Shown one piece after another: positions 59,477 through 61,765 of a stretch of 61,765 nucleotides of DNA (position 1 is the stretch's first letter; each line of letters starts with the position of its first letter). This DNA comes from Bacillota bacterium (GTDB lineage: Bacteria; Bacillota; DTU025): positions 1-61,765 of the forward strand of contig JAQVXE010000003.1 of the NCBI GenBank assembly GCA_028709305.1, in the 5' to 3' direction. The position numbers and the translations under genes are program-made. The notes beneath the pieces were generated by a model. That model worked only from the letters and a program-made list of their open reading frames with translations, was not told where the DNA came from and did not search any database.

Positions 59477-60487
59477 CTACCACATGCGCAAAGCCACTCC
59501 GGCCTGGTTGTAACCTACTCCCGAGCCAACAAGGACCACGAGGTCGCCAGGTTTGGTCCTCCCCTGTTTCCTCGCATCATCCAAGGCCATTGGAATACAG
59601 GCAGATCCGGTATATCCCATCCTGTCCATGATCCAATGGGCCTTTTCTATTGGAAGGCCCAGGTCGTCCATGACTATGTCAAGTGAGTACCTGTTGACCT
59701 GGGTGAATATGGCCAGGTCAATATCGGAAACCTGAAATCCGCCTTTTTCGGCTAGCGCCCGCACAACTTTCGGCCAACCCTGATGGTTGACTTCCGCCGG
59801 ATATTTCGAGACGAACCGCACGTTCGTTCTTCCCGCCTCCACCGACTCGCAGGTGGCAGGCTCGTATGTTCCGCCAGAGTAGATGCCCCATGCCTTGTGG
59901 TATGACCCATCTGCTATGAAGGACGATGTCATAAATCCAGGCTTATCATCGAAGGTGAGCACCGCCGCTCCCGCCCCGTCCCCATAGAAGAAGGAAGTAA
60001 CGTCACCCGGGTCAGCCAGCTTACTCATCATGTAAGCTCCGATAACAAGCACATAGCGGATCCACGAGTTGGTTGCTATGTGGCCTGCTGCTGCAGCAAT
60101 GCCTGTTGGGAAGGAAGCGCACGCGCATCCTATGTCATAGGTGCCGGCGTTTCTCGCCCCGATCTTGTGCTGCGTGACCACAGAGGTTGCAGGGGTGATA
60201 AAGTCAGGGCTGTCAGTGCCCACAAGGACCAGGTCGAGCTCTTCAGGCGCGACTCCTGCGTCTTCCAGGGCAGCCATTGCCGCTTTTGCCGCAAGGTCAG
60301 ATGTTGCCCAATCGCGTGGGGCGTAGAAACGTTTGGTAATGCCCGAAGACTGCTCGAACTTGAAAATGACATCGCCCAGGCCCGGGGTAGTCCGGTTCAT
60401 CTCCTCAGCCATGTGGGCATTTGAAACCTCAATCTCGGGCAGATAGAGACCAGTTCCGACTATCCTGGCATACCTTTCCATCAACAA
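59477..60487 (-). CDS. KAS III (FabH)-like thiolase-fold protein with a non-canonical active site
   Basis: 336 aa and FabH-like throughout. The Cys context DIGCACASF is retained, but the positions of the FabH His (HQAN) and Asn (GNT) read TQVN and GYT. Confidence 0.7.
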   Translation of the reverse strand: MLMERYARIVGTGLYLPEIEVSNAHMAEEMNRTTPGLGDVIFKFEQSSGITKRFYAPRDWATSDLAAKAAMAALEDAGVAPEELDLVLVGTDSPDFITPATSVVTQHKIGARNAGTYDIGCACASFPTGIAAAAGHIATNSWIRYVLVIGAYMMSKLADPGDVTSFFYGDGAGAAVLTFDDKPGFMTSSFIADGSYHKAWGIYSGGTYEPATCESVEAGRTNVRFVSKYPAEVNHQGWPKVVRALAEKGGFQVSDIDLAIFTQVNRYSLDIVMDDLGLPIEKAHWIMDRMGYTGSACIPMALDDARKQGRTKPGDLVVLVGSGVGYNQAGVALRMW

Positions 60488-60537
60488 CGCCTCCGTTAAT
60501 TCGATATCTCGGGTAAATCGATGGTTTCCGACGCCCG

Positions 60538-61765
60538 CTAAACATACTCAAGAGCCTCAGCCTCCGACCACAGCCAATCCCTGTACTTGGGATGGGCTAT
60601 GGCTATCAGGGCCTTCACACGCTTCCTTACGTTCATCGACTTGAGATGAGCAATCCCGTATTCCGTCACCACGTAGTCAATATCAGCTCTGGGAATCGTG
60701 ACCGACTGTCCTTCAGTGAAACACGGCACAATAGTGGATATGGTGCCGCCCTTGGCCGTCGATCTCATTGCCAGTATCGACTTGCCTCCAGGCGACATCT
60801 GCGCGCCTATGCAAGTATTGAGGGCGCCCCCGCCGCCGCTGTACTGTCTGGTTCCCAGGGTTTCGGAGTTGGCCTGGCCGGTCAGGTCCACCTGCATGGT
60901 GGTGTTTATGCTTACCATCTTGTGGTTCTGCGCTATCACCCTCGGATCATTGGTGATATGGCCTCCGTAGAGCTCTACCCCCAGGTTGTCGTCGATGAAG
61001 TCATAAAGCTTCCGGCTGCCCAGGGCAAAACACCCGACCATTTTCTCCGGCCACAACGTCTTCGCGCCTCCTGTGATAACCCCGGCGCGGAATAGGTCGA
61101 CCATTCCGTCGGTGAGCATCTCGGTGTGGACTCCCAGATCCCGCTTTTCCATCAAGAACGATGTCACCGCATTGGGAATGCCGCCTATCCCCAGCTGAAT
61201 AGTGCTTCCGTCTTCAATCAGGGAAGCAACGTGCCGGCCGATCTCCATTTCCACCTCTGAGGGAGTGATATGGTCTATCTCGATCAGGGGGACTGTATTC
61301 TCGACAACATAGTCCACCTGCGAGATGTGGATGTGGGTGTCACCCAGCGTGCGAGGGAGATTCTCATTTACCTCAAGGACGACTGTTCTGGCCGCCCCTA
61401 TCATCGGCTTTTCATAAGTAAGGCTGAGAGAGAGGGACATGTAGCCATTCTTGTCAGGCGGTGTGGCAGTTCCCCAGAAGATGTCGGGCGGATCGATCTC
61501 CGCCTTCTTGAGGCCGCACTCGTGAAGGTGGTTGGGGAGGAATGTGACTGTTCCGCCTGGATGGGCCCTGTAGGAGTTTTGTCCGTAATACCAAGCCTCG
61601 TTCAGGAAATGCCCTTTCATCTCGGGATTCAGGAAATCGTAGTCCCTCATGAGCAAGCACGACATGATCGTCACACTCTCCAGCTCATCCTTGCGGGAGG
61701 AGATTGCCCCGAGAAGCCCTGGAGGCTCTGCCGCACACATGGCTGACACAATGCTCTGGCCAGAG
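60538..61765 (-). CDS. acetyl-CoA hydrolase/transferase family protein (4-hydroxybutyrate/butyryl-CoA:acetate CoA-transferase-like), 5' end outside the window
   Basis: The C-terminal domain motifs GLGVHTEMLTDG, SGGGGALNTCIGA and VVTEYGIA are present. The frame stays open to the window edge upstream of the GTG at 61749. Confidence 0.8.
   Translation of the reverse strand, partial: SGQSIVSAMCAAEPPGLLGAISSRKDELESVTIMSCLLMRDYDFLNPEMKGHFLNEAWYYGQNSYRAHPGGTVTFLPNHLHECGLKKAEIDPPDIFWGTATPPDKNGYMSLSLSLTYEKPMIGAARTVVLEVNENLPRTLGDTHIHISQVDYVVENTVPLIEIDHITPSEVEMEIGRHVASLIEDGSTIQLGIGGIPNAVTSFLMEKRDLGVHTEMLTDGMVDLFRAGVITGGAKTLWPEKMVGCFALGSRKLYDFIDDNLGVELYGGHITNDPRVIAQNHKMVSINTTMQVDLTGQANSETLGTRQYSGGGGALNTCIGAQMSPGGKSILAMRSTAKGGTISTIVPCFTEGQSVTIPRADIDYVVTEYGIAHLKSMNVRKRVKALIAIAHPKYRDWLWSEAEALEYV

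Overview
This is a 61.8-kb chromosomal window of about 55-57% GC with Gram-positive (Firmicutes-like) gene organisation. Evidence for that includes a PyrR-attenuated pyrR-pyrB-pyrC-pyrK-pyrD-pyrF-pyrE operon, a YhaN/YhaO-type nuclease pair and GGAGG ribosome-binding sites. Most of the window is housekeeping or transport: an ECF sigma/anti-sigma module, a rhomboid protease, an alpha-oxoamine synthase plus Zn-dehydrogenase pair, TetR plus an MMPL exporter, two ABC-2 exporters, Hsp20, a split pstSCA / phoB-phoR-pstB-phoU phosphate regulon, a livHMGF-J-type amino-acid ABC system, and a thiolase / KAS III-like / CoA-transferase cluster. No rRNA, tRNA or CRISPR array was recognised. The clearly accessory or rearranged patch is 39.8-44.8 kb. 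It holds a 3'-truncated group II intron caught between about 175-bp inverted repeats that include a second 38-nt intron 5'-end remnant. It also holds a pseudogene copy of the 3' end of an ABC-2 permease gene whose intact copy lies 12 kb away, a methyltransferase-GNAT fusion gene, and an APH(3')-type aminoglycoside kinase gene. Two diverged copies of a roughly 360-bp element with a reiterated 17-19-bp motif sit in inverted orientation at 11.8 kb and 44.4 kb and bracket 32 kb of core genes. Other points worth follow-up are a KAS III-like protein lacking the His/Asn of the catalytic triad, a beta-CASP nuclease with a 400-aa four-fold repeated C-terminal extension, and an ankyrin gene split by a frame change. 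No complete defence or other novel multi-gene system could be demonstrated. All identities are judged by eye and nothing was computed.
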